Of a DNA stretch of 64,000 nucleotides, positions 10,485 through 19,824 are shown piece after piece. The DNA lies in NCBI GenBank assembly GCA_028706395.1, contig JAQWBL010000002.1, forward strand, positions 3,390 to 67,389, given 5' to 3'. The notes under the pieces are model-generated. The model saw nothing but the letters and a program-made list of their open reading frames with translations, was not told the origin of the DNA and made no database searches. The stretch is from Bacilli bacterium (lineage in GTDB: Bacteria; Bacillota_I; Bacilli_A; RF39; UBA660). The translations under genes were made by a program, and so were the position numbers. Within the stretch, counting starts at the first letter, position 1. Every line of letters starts with the position of its first letter.

Positions 10485-11185
10485 AATGGATTTTTCTTTA
10501 TTTTATCAAACCTTCTAGGATATTTTGAAGGGGTTGATTCTTCCTTTTTTATAAGAATTAAACTTCTAAAACTATTTTCTATTGGTAAATAAAATTCCAT
10601 TTTATTGATAACCTTACATTTTAATTCAGTAAGAGCTTTATTAGATAACTTTATTTCCCGGGAAATATTACCTTTTAATGGAACAAAAAATTTATCCTTT
10701 TTAACAATTGGAATGCAGTATTCCAACAAAATATTTAAAGGTGCAACTGCACGTGCTGTAACAATATCAAAAGTTTCTCTATTTTTTTGACCAAAATCTT
10801 CAATTCGGCAATGAATGGTATTTATTTTTTCTAGTTTCAATTCCTTAATAACTTCATTTAAAAATGTAATCCGTTTCATCAAAGAATCAATTAAAGTAAC
10901 CTCTAAAGCGGGGTATAATATTTTAATTATGATACCTGGAAAACCAGCACCAGAACCAACATCGCACAAGTTTTCAAATTTTTCAACAGCAATAATTTTA
11001 GTTAATGTTGCACTATCATAAAAATGTTTTAAATAAACTTCGTCTTTTTGAGTAATTCCTGTTAAATTCATTTTTTCATTCCACTCAATAAGTAATTCAT
11101 AATATTTTTTAAATTGATTTAGTTGATAGTCAGTTAAATCGATACCTAATTCACTAATCGCTAAAACAAATTCTTGCTCAGTCAT
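10481..11185 (-). CDS. rsmG: 16S rRNA (guanine527-N7)-methyltransferase
   Basis: SAM motif DVGSGAGFPGI; GidB family length and position after mnmG. ATG at 11185 preferred over the GTG at 11194 (GGGTGA RBS). Confidence 0.9.
   Translation of the reverse strand: MTEQEFVLAISELGIDLTDYQLNQFKKYYELLIEWNEKMNLTGITQKDEVYLKHFYDSATLTKIIAVEKFENLCDVGSGAGFPGIIIKILYPALEVTLIDSLMKRITFLNEVIKELKLEKINTIHCRIEDFGQKNRETFDIVTARAVAPLNILLEYCIPIVKKDKFFVPLKGNISREIKLSNKALTELKCKVINKMEFYLPIENSFRSLILIKKEESTPSKYPRRFDKIKKNPL
10653..10666. other. Noc-binding site (NBS), perfect match ATTTCCCGGGAAAT
   Basis: Exact 14-bp palindrome inside rsmG; identical to the B. subtilis NBS consensus. Confidence 0.75.
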
Positions 11186-13046
11186 TTCTTTCACCCTTTT
11201 TTAAATAAACCATAAGTATTGATATATCACTAGGATTAACACCACTAATTCGCAATGCTTGCCCAATTGAAGTAGGACGAATTGTCTTCAATTTTTGGTT
11301 TGCTTCACTAGCAAGATTATGAATTGCATCATAATCAACATTTTCAGGTATTTTCTTCATTTCCAACTTAATCATTTTTTCAGCTTCTTTTAATGCCTTA
11401 TTAATATACCCTTCATACTTTATATTAATTTCAACCTGTTCAATAATTTCATTTGAATAAGGAATGTCAATAAATCTTTTTAATTTTTCAATATCAACTT
11501 CTGGTCTTTTCAAAATATCATACATTGTAATACCGTCTTTAATTATTGCAGAATTTATATTTTCTAAGTATTCATTTACTTCTTTAGTTGGAGTTAATTT
11601 TTTATTTTTTAATAAAGTTTCAAGTTCTTTAATATTATTCAATTTTTCTTGAAACTTTTGATACCTATCTTCATCTATTAATCCAACTTCATAACCAAAT
11701 TGTCTTAATCTTATATCAGCATTATCGTGCCTTAATAATAATCGATATTCTGCTCTTGATGTTAATAGTCTATATGGATCAATAACCCCTTTTGTAACTA
11801 AATCATCTATTAATACTCCAATGTAAGCATCACTTCTTTTTAATATTAAAGGTTCTTTTCCTTCCAATTTTAAAGAAGCGTTGATTCCAGCTATTAATCC
11901 TTGACATGCGGCTTCTTCATAACCACTTGTACCATTAATTTGACCAGCTGTATATAAGTTTTCTATTATTTTAGTTTCTAAACTTTGCTTAATTTGCGTT
12001 GGATTAATAGCATCATATTCTATAGCATATGCATATTTTAATATTTTAGCATTTTCTAAACCACTAACGCTTTTAACCATCTTTTCTTGAATATCATGGG
12101 GCATACTTGTCGAAAACCCTTGTATATAAATATCATCATAATAAACACTTTCAGGTTCTAAAAATATTTGATGTCTTTCTTTATCAGAAAAACGAACTAC
12201 TTTATCTTCAATCGAAGGACAATATCTTGGTCCAACACTAACAATATCAGTTAACCCTCCATACATACTAGATTTTTCTAGATTATTTTGAATTAATTGA
12301 TGCAACTTAGCATTTGTATATGTTAAATAACAAGGTTGTTGATTTTCTATATCATAATCATAAATAAAATCATGATTAAAACTTAAATATTTATCATCAC
12401 CAGTTTCAAGTCGTGTTTTACTAAAATCAATTGTGTTTTTATCAATACGTGGTGGAGTTCCGGTTTTTAATCTAAGAATTTGAAATCCTAAATCTTTTAA
12501 ATTATCACTTAGATGCAAACTTGGTTCTTCATCATGAGGACCCTTTCTTGTTCTAGTACTACCTATTAGGACATCTGATTTTAAATAAGTACCAGTTGTT
12601 AAAATAACCATTTTACCAATTACTTTTGTTTTATTTTTTAATAAAACACCTGTTACTTTATTATTCTCTATGACTAAATCTTCAACCATTGCTTCCATTA
12701 TTTCTAGATTTGATTGATTTTTTAAAACTTTAATCATTTCTTGTGGATAAACAATTTTATCAATTTGTGCTCGTAAAGCTTGAACCGCCGGACCTTTTTT
12801 ACTGTTTAGTTTTTTTATTTGAATTTGTGAACGATCGGCTACCTTTCCCATCTCTCCACCTAAAGCATCTATTTCTCTAACAACGATTCCCTTAGCACTA
12901 CCACCAACTGATGGATTACATGCCATATCAGCAATGTTATTTATATTACTTGTTATTAATAAAGTTTTATGATTTTTTCGTGATGACGCTAAAGCTGCTT
13001 CACATCCCGCATGGCCAGCGCCAACAACTATTATTTCATATTCCAT
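11178..13046 (-). CDS. mnmG: tRNA uridine-5-carboxymethylaminomethyl synthesis enzyme MnmG (GidA)
   Basis: N-terminal FAD motif VVGAGHAGCEAA; 622 aa; conserved GidA body. Confidence 0.97.
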   Translation of the reverse strand: MEYEIIVVGAGHAGCEAALASSRKNHKTLLITSNINNIADMACNPSVGGSAKGIVVREIDALGGEMGKVADRSQIQIKKLNSKKGPAVQALRAQIDKIVYPQEMIKVLKNQSNLEIMEAMVEDLVIENNKVTGVLLKNKTKVIGKMVILTTGTYLKSDVLIGSTRTRKGPHDEEPSLHLSDNLKDLGFQILRLKTGTPPRIDKNTIDFSKTRLETGDDKYLSFNHDFIYDYDIENQQPCYLTYTNAKLHQLIQNNLEKSSMYGGLTDIVSVGPRYCPSIEDKVVRFSDKERHQIFLEPESVYYDDIYIQGFSTSMPHDIQEKMVKSVSGLENAKILKYAYAIEYDAINPTQIKQSLETKIIENLYTAGQINGTSGYEEAACQGLIAGINASLKLEGKEPLILKRSDAYIGVLIDDLVTKGVIDPYRLLTSRAEYRLLLRHDNADIRLRQFGYEVGLIDEDRYQKFQEKLNNIKELETLLKNKKLTPTKEVNEYLENINSAIIKDGITMYDILKRPEVDIEKLKRFIDIPYSNEIIEQVEINIKYEGYINKALKEAEKMIKLEMKKIPENVDYDAIHNLASEANQKLKTIRPTSIGQALRISGVNPSDISILMVYLKKGERND

Positions 13047-13071
13047 TTTACACCTCCTCTATATATAAAAT

Positions 13072-13100
13072 TGAAAAATAAAAAGGGTAAGAAACCCTTT
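13072..13100 (-). terminator. Terminator after the ATP-grasp gene
   Basis: Hairpin AAAGGGT/ACCCTTT followed by a U-rich tail (UUAUUUUU) on the minus strand. Confidence 0.7.
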
Positions 13101-14099
13101 CTACCATAAATTATGATCTTTCATTTCTTTTTTTATTTTTCGTAACATATATTTTCCACCTTTATTTAAAAGAATTTGAACTAGATCCCAACCAGGACCA
13201 CGATTTCCTTCAATTATTAAAGGTCCTTTATCAGTAATAGCAACATCCCAACCAACAACATGGATTTTATCATTAACTAGGGCTGCTTTAGTAACCATTT
13301 CTTTGATTTCATCAAAATAAGGAATTTTATAACCATCAATAACGACTTTAGTTAAAGGGTGCATATCAGACTTTTCAAGTTTTTTTGTGTAACCAGGTCC
13401 TTTTAATTCTCCTTTTTCAATATCAATCAGAGTTGATAAACCACCGGCATGAAAATTATCAACTACACTATCTCCATTACCAATTCTTGCAGCCATAAAG
13501 AAAATATCTACTTTTCCATTAATAGCTGAAGTCATAACTCTTATGGTATTAACACTTCCAGGATTTATTTTACCCCATTCTTTATTTTGAATAATAAACT
13601 CTTCTAAATACATTTTTTCTTCTTTTAATTCTTTATAGAATTTTTTATTATTTTTAATTTTTTTAGTTTCAACTTTAGTTATTCTATCTCCACCTAAACC
13701 AATAGTTGGTTTTTTTATAAAAACTTTGTGCTTTTTTATAAATTCTAAAAACTTGTCATATCCGTCTTCTGGATCATACATATCTCTTTTAGTAAATTCA
13801 CTATAGTTTTTAAAAAAGTTTGTTTTAGTAGAAATAAACGGAGCATATTTAATATTGGCTGCTTTTTCATAAAATTTTGACAAATATCCAATTGTTGCAT
13901 ACTCTTTTCGTTCTTTCCAAGATCTTTCATAAAAACGATAATTTAAATAATCTTGCATCCCACTACCAAAAAATATAGTTGATAAGACAGTATCTCCAAA
14001 CATTAAAAATGGACTTTTTCCATTTTTCTTACTTAAAACTTTTAAATCATTATAAAATCTTTTGTAATTTCCTCTAAGCGCAAAACTAATTAATTCCAT
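13101..14099 (-). CDS. Sugar-transfer-associated ATP-grasp-like protein
   Basis: 332 aa. Central KKP..G.GG, then IRVMT, DNFHAGGL and a C-terminal VGWDVAIT..GP.IIEGN pattern typical of this ATP-grasp subgroup; by motif memory. Confidence 0.55.
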   Translation of the reverse strand: MELISFALRGNYKRFYNDLKVLSKKNGKSPFLMFGDTVLSTIFFGSGMQDYLNYRFYERSWKERKEYATIGYLSKFYEKAANIKYAPFISTKTNFFKNYSEFTKRDMYDPEDGYDKFLEFIKKHKVFIKKPTIGLGGDRITKVETKKIKNNKKFYKELKEEKMYLEEFIIQNKEWGKINPGSVNTIRVMTSAINGKVDIFFMAARIGNGDSVVDNFHAGGLSTLIDIEKGELKGPGYTKKLEKSDMHPLTKVVIDGYKIPYFDEIKEMVTKAALVNDKIHVVGWDVAITDKGPLIIEGNRGPGWDLVQILLNKGGKYMLRKIKKEMKDHNLW

Positions 14100-14157
14100 C
14101 TAACTCACCTTTTATTTCTAGTTAAAGTATAGCACAACTTCATTTTAGAAACAATGC

Positions 14158-15513
14158 TTATTTTCCTAAACAAAATTGACTAAACAATTGATCTATTAAT
14201 TCATCTTCATATGTGTCACCAGTTATTTCTCCCAGTTTTTGCCATATATTTTTAATATCAATTTCAATCATATCAATGTACATTTCATTTTTTATTCCAA
14301 CTTCAACATCATTTATGCTTTTTAAAGCTTGTTTTAAAATTGAAAGACTTCTTGCATTGGTCAAGTACGTTAAATCTTTTGTAACAATTTTTTCTAAATT
14401 AAAGATTTCTTTTATTTTATCTTTTAATTCATCCATTCCTTTATTATTAATTGTACTTATATATACAATATTTTTACTTAATAATTGTGTCTCATCAATT
14501 TGTTTTGGTAAATCGGTTTTATTAATTATTATTATGTGATTCTTATCCTTTAATTTTGAAATAACTTCTATATCTTCATCAGTAATAGATTCATTATTAT
14601 TTAAAACATATAAAATCAAATCAGAATTTTCTATTAAATCTAAACTTTTTTTAACTCCAATACTCTCAACTATATCTTTCGTTTCTCTAATACCAGCAGT
14701 ATCAATCATATTAAGTATTAAGCCGTTGATATTAAGTGTACCTTCTACAATATCTCTCGTTGTCCCTGGAATATCAGTAACAATTGCCTTGTCTTCATCT
14801 ATAAGTTTGTTTAATATGCTACTTTTTCCTACGTTTGGTCTCCCTATAATTGAAGTTTTAATTCCCTCTTTAATAATTTTACCATTTTCACTTTCATTAA
14901 TAATTATTTCTATTTGTGTTTTAATGTTTTCAATTTGTGAATTTAAATGTTGAATTGTTAATTCTGGAATATCTTCATATTCGGGATAATCAATATTTAC
15001 TTCTATATTAGCTATAATTTCAAGAAGTTGTTGGCGTAAATTATGAATTAATTTTGAAACTTTTCCACCAACTTGATTAAGTGCTAATTCACGAGATTGT
15101 TCGGTTTTTGAATTTATTAAATCCATTACACCCTCTGCTTCAAGCAGATCGATGCGGCCATTTAAAAAAGCTCTTTTGGTAAACTCGCCAGGTTCAGCTA
15201 ATCGACAACCATTATTTAATAAAATTTGAAGAACCTTATTTGTTGTTGTTATTCCACCATGACAATTTATTTCAACAATATCCTCACGAGTAAAAGTTTT
15301 AGGTCCGTGCATAATGGATATTAAAACTTCATCAATTATCTTGTTATTGTCAATTATGTGACCATAATTAATTGTGTGAGAACCAACTTTTTCTAAATTT
15401 TTTCCAACAAAAACATTATTTACAATTTTAATTGCTTCACTACCACTAAGACGAACAATAGATATCGCACCAACACCCAGTGCTGTCGATATCGCTACAA
15501 TAGTATCATCCAT
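14158..15513 (-). CDS. mnmE: tRNA modification GTPase MnmE (TrmE)
   Basis: G-domain GRPNVGKSS, DTAGIR, NKTD; C-terminal CLGK tetrapeptide. Confidence 0.97.
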   Translation of the reverse strand: MDDTIVAISTALGVGAISIVRLSGSEAIKIVNNVFVGKNLEKVGSHTINYGHIIDNNKIIDEVLISIMHGPKTFTREDIVEINCHGGITTTNKVLQILLNNGCRLAEPGEFTKRAFLNGRIDLLEAEGVMDLINSKTEQSRELALNQVGGKVSKLIHNLRQQLLEIIANIEVNIDYPEYEDIPELTIQHLNSQIENIKTQIEIIINESENGKIIKEGIKTSIIGRPNVGKSSILNKLIDEDKAIVTDIPGTTRDIVEGTLNINGLILNMIDTAGIRETKDIVESIGVKKSLDLIENSDLILYVLNNNESITDEDIEVISKLKDKNHIIIINKTDLPKQIDETQLLSKNIVYISTINNKGMDELKDKIKEIFNLEKIVTKDLTYLTNARSLSILKQALKSINDVEVGIKNEMYIDMIEIDIKNIWQKLGEITGDTYEDELIDQLFSQFCLGK

Positions 15514-15522
15514 TTTATCACC

Positions 15523-16035
15523 TCACTTCTTTGTTCTTATTCCTATATACTTAGGAAGTTCTTTGGGATTTTTAAAAATACTAAGAGAAATATATTTATC
15601 AGCAATTGTTACTACCCAAGCCTCTAAATAACGAGGTGGCGTAATATTAAGTGGAAACATATGTCTAACAATAATATTTTCTATTTTTTTATTTAATAAA
15701 TATTCAAAATGAATTTTAGAATTATTCAAAGCATCTTTTGCATGCGCAAAACCATGCTTTGATGATAATTTATTATCCCTTTTTTTATTATTTATCTTTC
15801 CATCTATTAACCATGGTTCACTATAAAAATCATGAAGCAATCCGCCAATTGCGGCACTATTATAATCCATTTTTAATTTTTTAGCAATCTTATATGATAA
15901 AATTGAAACCTTTAAAGAATGAATATATACTGATTCATGGTCATGATGTTGAAATGTTTTTCTAATCTGAAACTCATAATTTTTGATTATAGGTTTTACT
16001 ATGTCATAATATTCTAATTTATCAAATTTTCTAAT
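15523..16035 (-). CDS. HD-domain phosphohydrolase, probable non-canonical ATT start
   Basis: The frame stays open 72 codons upstream of the tracked ATG (15870) and encodes the first HD-family His (QHHDHESVYIHSLKVS) before GGLLHDF. There is no ATG/GTG/TTG in that extension. GGGGTG lies 5 nt before an in-frame ATT at 16035. Confidence 0.55.
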   Translation of the reverse strand: MRKFDKLEYYDIVKPIIKNYEFQIRKTFQHHDHESVYIHSLKVSILSYKIAKKLKMDYNSAAIGGLLHDFYSEPWLIDGKINNKKRDNKLSSKHGFAHAKDALNNSKIHFEYLLNKKIENIIVRHMFPLNITPPRYLEAWVVTIADKYISLSIFKNPKELPKYIGIRTKK

Positions 16036-16143
16036 TTTATCACCCCTTTTATAAAAATATTCTACATCAATAATAATTGGTAGTCAATGTTTTATAAAAA
16101 AAGCCAACTATTTAAAAACTTAAACAATTGACTTACATTTATT

Positions 16144-16758
16144 TTATTTTTCTTTATACCTTATAATGATATATCGGTTAGGTTCTCTACCTATACTTTC
16201 TGTTTCCAATTCATCATAAGTTCCTATAACAGTGTGAACAATTCTTCTTTCATATGAATTCATTGCATCTAGCTTAACATCAACTTTTGATATTAAAACT
16301 TCTTTAGCAATATTCTTTATATCATACTCTAAGTTTTTGATTTTTTTAGATCTATATCCAGAAACATCAACAGTTACTTTTATATTAAATGGAGTTTGAT
16401 TATTTAAAGCTTGTCTTAATAATTGTTGAAATGAATTTAATGTTCTTCCTTCTTTTCCAATAATAATTGAATTATCAGAAGTAATTAAATTAACTTTTAA
16501 TATGTCTTCACGGATTTGAATTTCACAATTTATATCGATTTCCATTAAATCTGAAATAGTTTCAAAAAAGTTTTTAATATAAGACTTTAAATCTTCATTT
16601 TTTAAAACTTTTAGTTCATATTTTTTACTTTTAAATAATTTAGCCTCTACTTCTGTAAAGTTTGTCATTATTGCATCTTCTGTTACATCTAAAACTTCAA
16701 GAGCCTTTTCTAATACTTCCTCTTTTGATTTTCCTTCAAAATTATGAATTTGTAGCAT
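16144..16758 (-). CDS. jag: Jag/KhpB RNA-binding protein (Jag_N-KH-R3H)
   Basis: KH-like IIGKEGRTLNSFQ and R3H-like SYERRIVH motifs; conserved position after yidC. Confidence 0.88.
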   Translation of the reverse strand: MLQIHNFEGKSKEEVLEKALEVLDVTEDAIMTNFTEVEAKLFKSKKYELKVLKNEDLKSYIKNFFETISDLMEIDINCEIQIREDILKVNLITSDNSIIIGKEGRTLNSFQQLLRQALNNQTPFNIKVTVDVSGYRSKKIKNLEYDIKNIAKEVLISKVDVKLDAMNSYERRIVHTVIGTYDELETESIGREPNRYIIIRYKEK

Positions 16759-17650
16759 TTTTCTTACTTCCTTTCACAATTAAGTTTTGAACAATAGTGA
16801 ATCCACTATTAAATATCCAGTATAGTCCAATACCTGTTGTTAAATTAAATGAGAATATTGATATCATTACAATCATAATGTTGGTAGTCATTTTCATTTG
16901 TTTTTCTTGTTCTGGTGACATTGATACTGTTTTGTTTAGTTTAAATGAAAAATAAGTTGTTCCTATAATCAGTATAACAAAGATTATATAATAATATTGA
17001 TTAAGGGCAAAAGCTTCCATTGGAGTTCTTCTTAATTCGAATAAATTTAAGAAGTTTTCTTCAAATAAAACTGGTAATCGATTTATCGCTTCGAAAAAAG
17101 CAAAGAATAACGGGATTTGAATTAAAGCAAATAAACATCCCGACATTGGTTTTATATCATACTTCTTATATATTAGTAATTGTTCTTGGCTTTTTAACAT
17201 TAAAGAATCACGATCATTTTTATTAGCATATTTTTTATTTAACTTTTCAAGTTCTGGTTGCGCCTTTCCCATATTAGTTGATTGTGCTGCGGTCTTGGCT
17301 GTTAATGGAACTACTAACAATCTTAAAAAGATTGTAACAGCTATTATCGCTAAACCATAACTATTTAAAAGTTTACCTGCTTGGAGCAAAAGAAATGCTA
17401 ACGGTTTTACAAATATTGTTGTCCATAATCCTTCATAACCGCCATCAGTTATTTGAAAGTCATCACATTCTTTTAAAGTTTCAATATCAATATTATTTTT
17501 TTCATATATTTCAATTGTCTCGGCTTTTTCTGGTCGACATAAAATATTTTCTGTATATATTTTTCCATCATCATTAAAATTTTTAGTACATCCTGATACA
17601 GCGAATATTAGAACTAACATTAATAGTATTTTGATATGTTTTTTTTTCAT
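16742..17650 (-). CDS. yidC: Membrane protein insertase YidC/SpoIIIJ (lipoprotein type)
   Basis: Lipobox LIFAVSGC; conserved YidC core (PLFFAFF, GLYWIFN). Confidence 0.92.
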   Translation of the reverse strand: MKKKHIKILLMLVLIFAVSGCTKNFNDDGKIYTENILCRPEKAETIEIYEKNNIDIETLKECDDFQITDGGYEGLWTTIFVKPLAFLLLQAGKLLNSYGLAIIAVTIFLRLLVVPLTAKTAAQSTNMGKAQPELEKLNKKYANKNDRDSLMLKSQEQLLIYKKYDIKPMSGCLFALIQIPLFFAFFEAINRLPVLFEENFLNLFELRRTPMEAFALNQYYYIIFVILIIGTTYFSFKLNKTVSMSPEQEKQMKMTTNIMIVMISIFSFNLTTGIGLYWIFNSGFTIVQNLIVKGSKKNATNS

Positions 17651-17664
17651 TTAGTCTCTCCTAA

Positions 17665-17994
17665 CTATTTTAAAATATTAATATCTTTTATTATTTTATT
17701 TACATCGGTCTCTATTTCTTGGAATGTTTTTTTAATTATTCCACTATTTACCATTATAATACAATTAAATCCATTTTGGTAGGTATTTTTATCAATTATT
17801 GATTTTAACTGTCTTTTTATTTTATTTCTTTTGACAGCATTTCCTATTTTTTTACCTACTGAAAAACCAAAAAAATAATTTTCTTCGGCTGTTCTTTCAA
17901 TATAAAAACTTAAATATTTATAGCGAATAGGCTTAAATGTTTTAATAATTCTATTATATTCACTATTTTGTTTTAATATATTCTTTTTTTTCAT
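17665..17994 (-). CDS. rnpA: Ribonuclease P protein component
   Basis: 109 aa, basic; RNR-like motif (AVKRNKIKRQLK); located immediately downstream of rpmH. Confidence 0.88.
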   Translation of the reverse strand: MKKKNILKQNSEYNRIIKTFKPIRYKYLSFYIERTAEENYFFGFSVGKKIGNAVKRNKIKRQLKSIIDKNTYQNGFNCIIMVNSGIIKKTFQEIETDVNKIIKDINILK

Positions 17995-18036
17995 ATTTTC
18001 ACTCCAGAGAATAAAACACCACAGTGCGTAGTGTTT

Positions 18037-18159
18037 TTAGTGTGATAAAACTTTGCGTCCTTTTTTACGTCTTCTATTTATTATATTAGATTTCATACGT
18101 GCAAAAAAACCTTGTTTCTTACTTCTTTTTCTATTATTAGGTTGAAAAGTTCTTTTCAT
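18037..18159 (-). CDS. rpmH: 50S ribosomal protein L34 (not in ORF track)
   Basis: Hand translation gives [40 protein letters not shown] (40 aa); AGGAGGTG RBS. Confidence 0.93.
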   Translation of the reverse strand: MKRTFQPNNRKRSKKQGFFARMKSNIINRRRKKGRKVLSH

Positions 18160-18224
18160 AATTACACCTCCTGAACTAATTCACATTTGCTCTAATAATT
18201 ATATAGATGTTTTTTTAGTTTGTC

Positions 18225-18430
18225 AAACAATATCCACACAAATTTGTGAATATATATTTTTATTTACTCTTTATTTTATTATATTAAAAAAGTTATCCCC
18301 AATTATGTGGAAAAGTTTTAATTTTGTTTTGTTAATTTCTTTTTCTTTTCCACATAACTGGGGAAAAGATCTATTTTTTTTGTTTTTTACTGTGGAAAAG
18401 TCGATTTTACTTGGTTTTTTCCACTTTTTA
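18225..18430. other. oriC part I: DnaA-box cluster upstream of dnaA
   Basis: Boxes: ATATCCACA 18230-18238, TTATCCCCA 18293-18301, TGTGGAAAA 18306-18314, TTTTCCACA 18346-18354, TGTGGAAAA 18391-18399, TTTTCCACT 18417-18425. An AT-rich tract spans 18241-18290. Confidence 0.85.
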
Positions 18431-18470
18431 GTGTAAAATAATTTTAGTTAATAAAGTGAGGTGCGCGTTT

Positions 18471-19823
18471 ATGGAAATAAATAATATTTGGGATAGTTTT
18501 CTTAAAAAAATGAATAATAATTTAGCACCAATGTTATATGAAGCATGGTTTGCTGATACTAAACTAATTTCTTTACACGAAAATAAGGCCACCGTTTTAG
18601 TTCCAATGTTAATTCACAAAAAACATCTCAAAGAAAATTACAACACTTTAATTGAAAGTATTTTTAATGAAGTAACAGGATCTAATTTTATCTTTGATTA
18701 TTTAACAGAAGAAGAAATAAATAAATTAAAAGATGAACAAATTGAAATTATTGAAGAAGATTCACCAAAATCTTTTGCTTCTAATTTAAACCCAAAATAT
18801 TTGTTTGAAAATTTTGTGGTAGGGGAAAGTAATAGATTTGCTAAAACTACAGCAATAGCCGTTGCTGAAAAACCAGGTATTATGTATAACCCTTTATTTA
18901 TTTATAGTAATAGTGGTTTAGGAAAAACTCATTTAATGCATGCTATCGGAAATTATATTGTGAGTAATAGTAATAAAAAGGTTTTGTATGTAACAAGTGA
19001 GCAATTTGTTAATGACTTTATTGAATTATATCGAAAAAATAAAAATGATAATAATTTGAATGAGGTTGAAAACTTTAAAAGAAAATATCGAGACATTGAT
19101 GTTTTAATGATTGATGATATTCAATACTTAGAAGTTGCCAATAAAACACAGCAAGAATTTTTTAATACTTTTAATGAACTTCACACTAATAATAAGCAAA
19201 TAATTATTTCATCTGATAGATCACCAGATGATTTAAAACAGTTAGAAGATAGATTAAGAACAAGATTTACTTGGGGATTAATGGTTGATATAATGCCACC
19301 TGATTTTGACTTAAGACTATCTATTATAGAAAAGAAAATAGAAGGTAATGGATTAACTAATAATTTCCCACAAGAAGTAAAAGAATATATAGCTAGTAAT
19401 TGTATTGGAGATATTAGAAAATTGGAAGGTGCGATTACAAGAGTTGTTGCTTATGCAGCAATGATGAGTGGCTCTGATATTACTTTATCTCTAACTGTTG
19501 AAGCTTTAAAAGATTACTTTGGAAAATGCGTTACTGCTAAAAACAATATTGAACATGTTCAACAATTAGTGGCTAATCTTTATAATATAACGGTTGAGGA
19601 TTTAAAAGGAAAAAGGCGAGTTACTAATATTGCTGTTCCAAGACAAATAGCAATGTATATTTGTCGAACTGTTTATAATGAACCATTTGCAAAAATTGGT
19701 TCGATGTTTGGTGGAAAAGATCATACTACAGTAATACACTCTGTTGATAAAATTAGTAAAGAATTAAAAAATAATTTAAACTTGGATAAAGAAATAACTA
19801 AAATTATTAGAGATTTGAAGTAA
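18471..19823 (+). CDS. dnaA: Chromosomal replication initiator DnaA
   Basis: AAA+ Walker A SNSGLGKTHL; domain IV (IAVPRQIAMYICR, GGKDHTTVIHS). ATG at 18471 with GTGAGGTG RBS; the tracked GTG at 18456 lies within the RBS. Confidence 0.97.
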   Translation: MEINNIWDSFLKKMNNNLAPMLYEAWFADTKLISLHENKATVLVPMLIHKKHLKENYNTLIESIFNEVTGSNFIFDYLTEEEINKLKDEQIEIIEEDSPKSFASNLNPKYLFENFVVGESNRFAKTTAIAVAEKPGIMYNPLFIYSNSGLGKTHLMHAIGNYIVSNSNKKVLYVTSEQFVNDFIELYRKNKNDNNLNEVENFKRKYRDIDVLMIDDIQYLEVANKTQQEFFNTFNELHTNNKQIIISSDRSPDDLKQLEDRLRTRFTWGLMVDIMPPDFDLRLSIIEKKIEGNGLTNNFPQEVKEYIASNCIGDIRKLEGAITRVVAYAAMMSGSDITLSLTVEALKDYFGKCVTAKNNIEHVQQLVANLYNITVEDLKGKRRVTNIAVPRQIAMYICRTVYNEPFAKIGSMFGGKDHTTVIHSVDKISKELKNNLNLDKEITKIIRDLK

Positions 19824-19824
19824 T

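Noticed and set aside
18008-18032. Hairpin AAAACAC(N11)GTGTTTT between rpmH and rnpA, considered as a possible terminator.
   Set aside because: It is a weak 7-bp stem with a large loop. rpmH-rnpA are normally cotranscribed, so it may at most attenuate and is not called.
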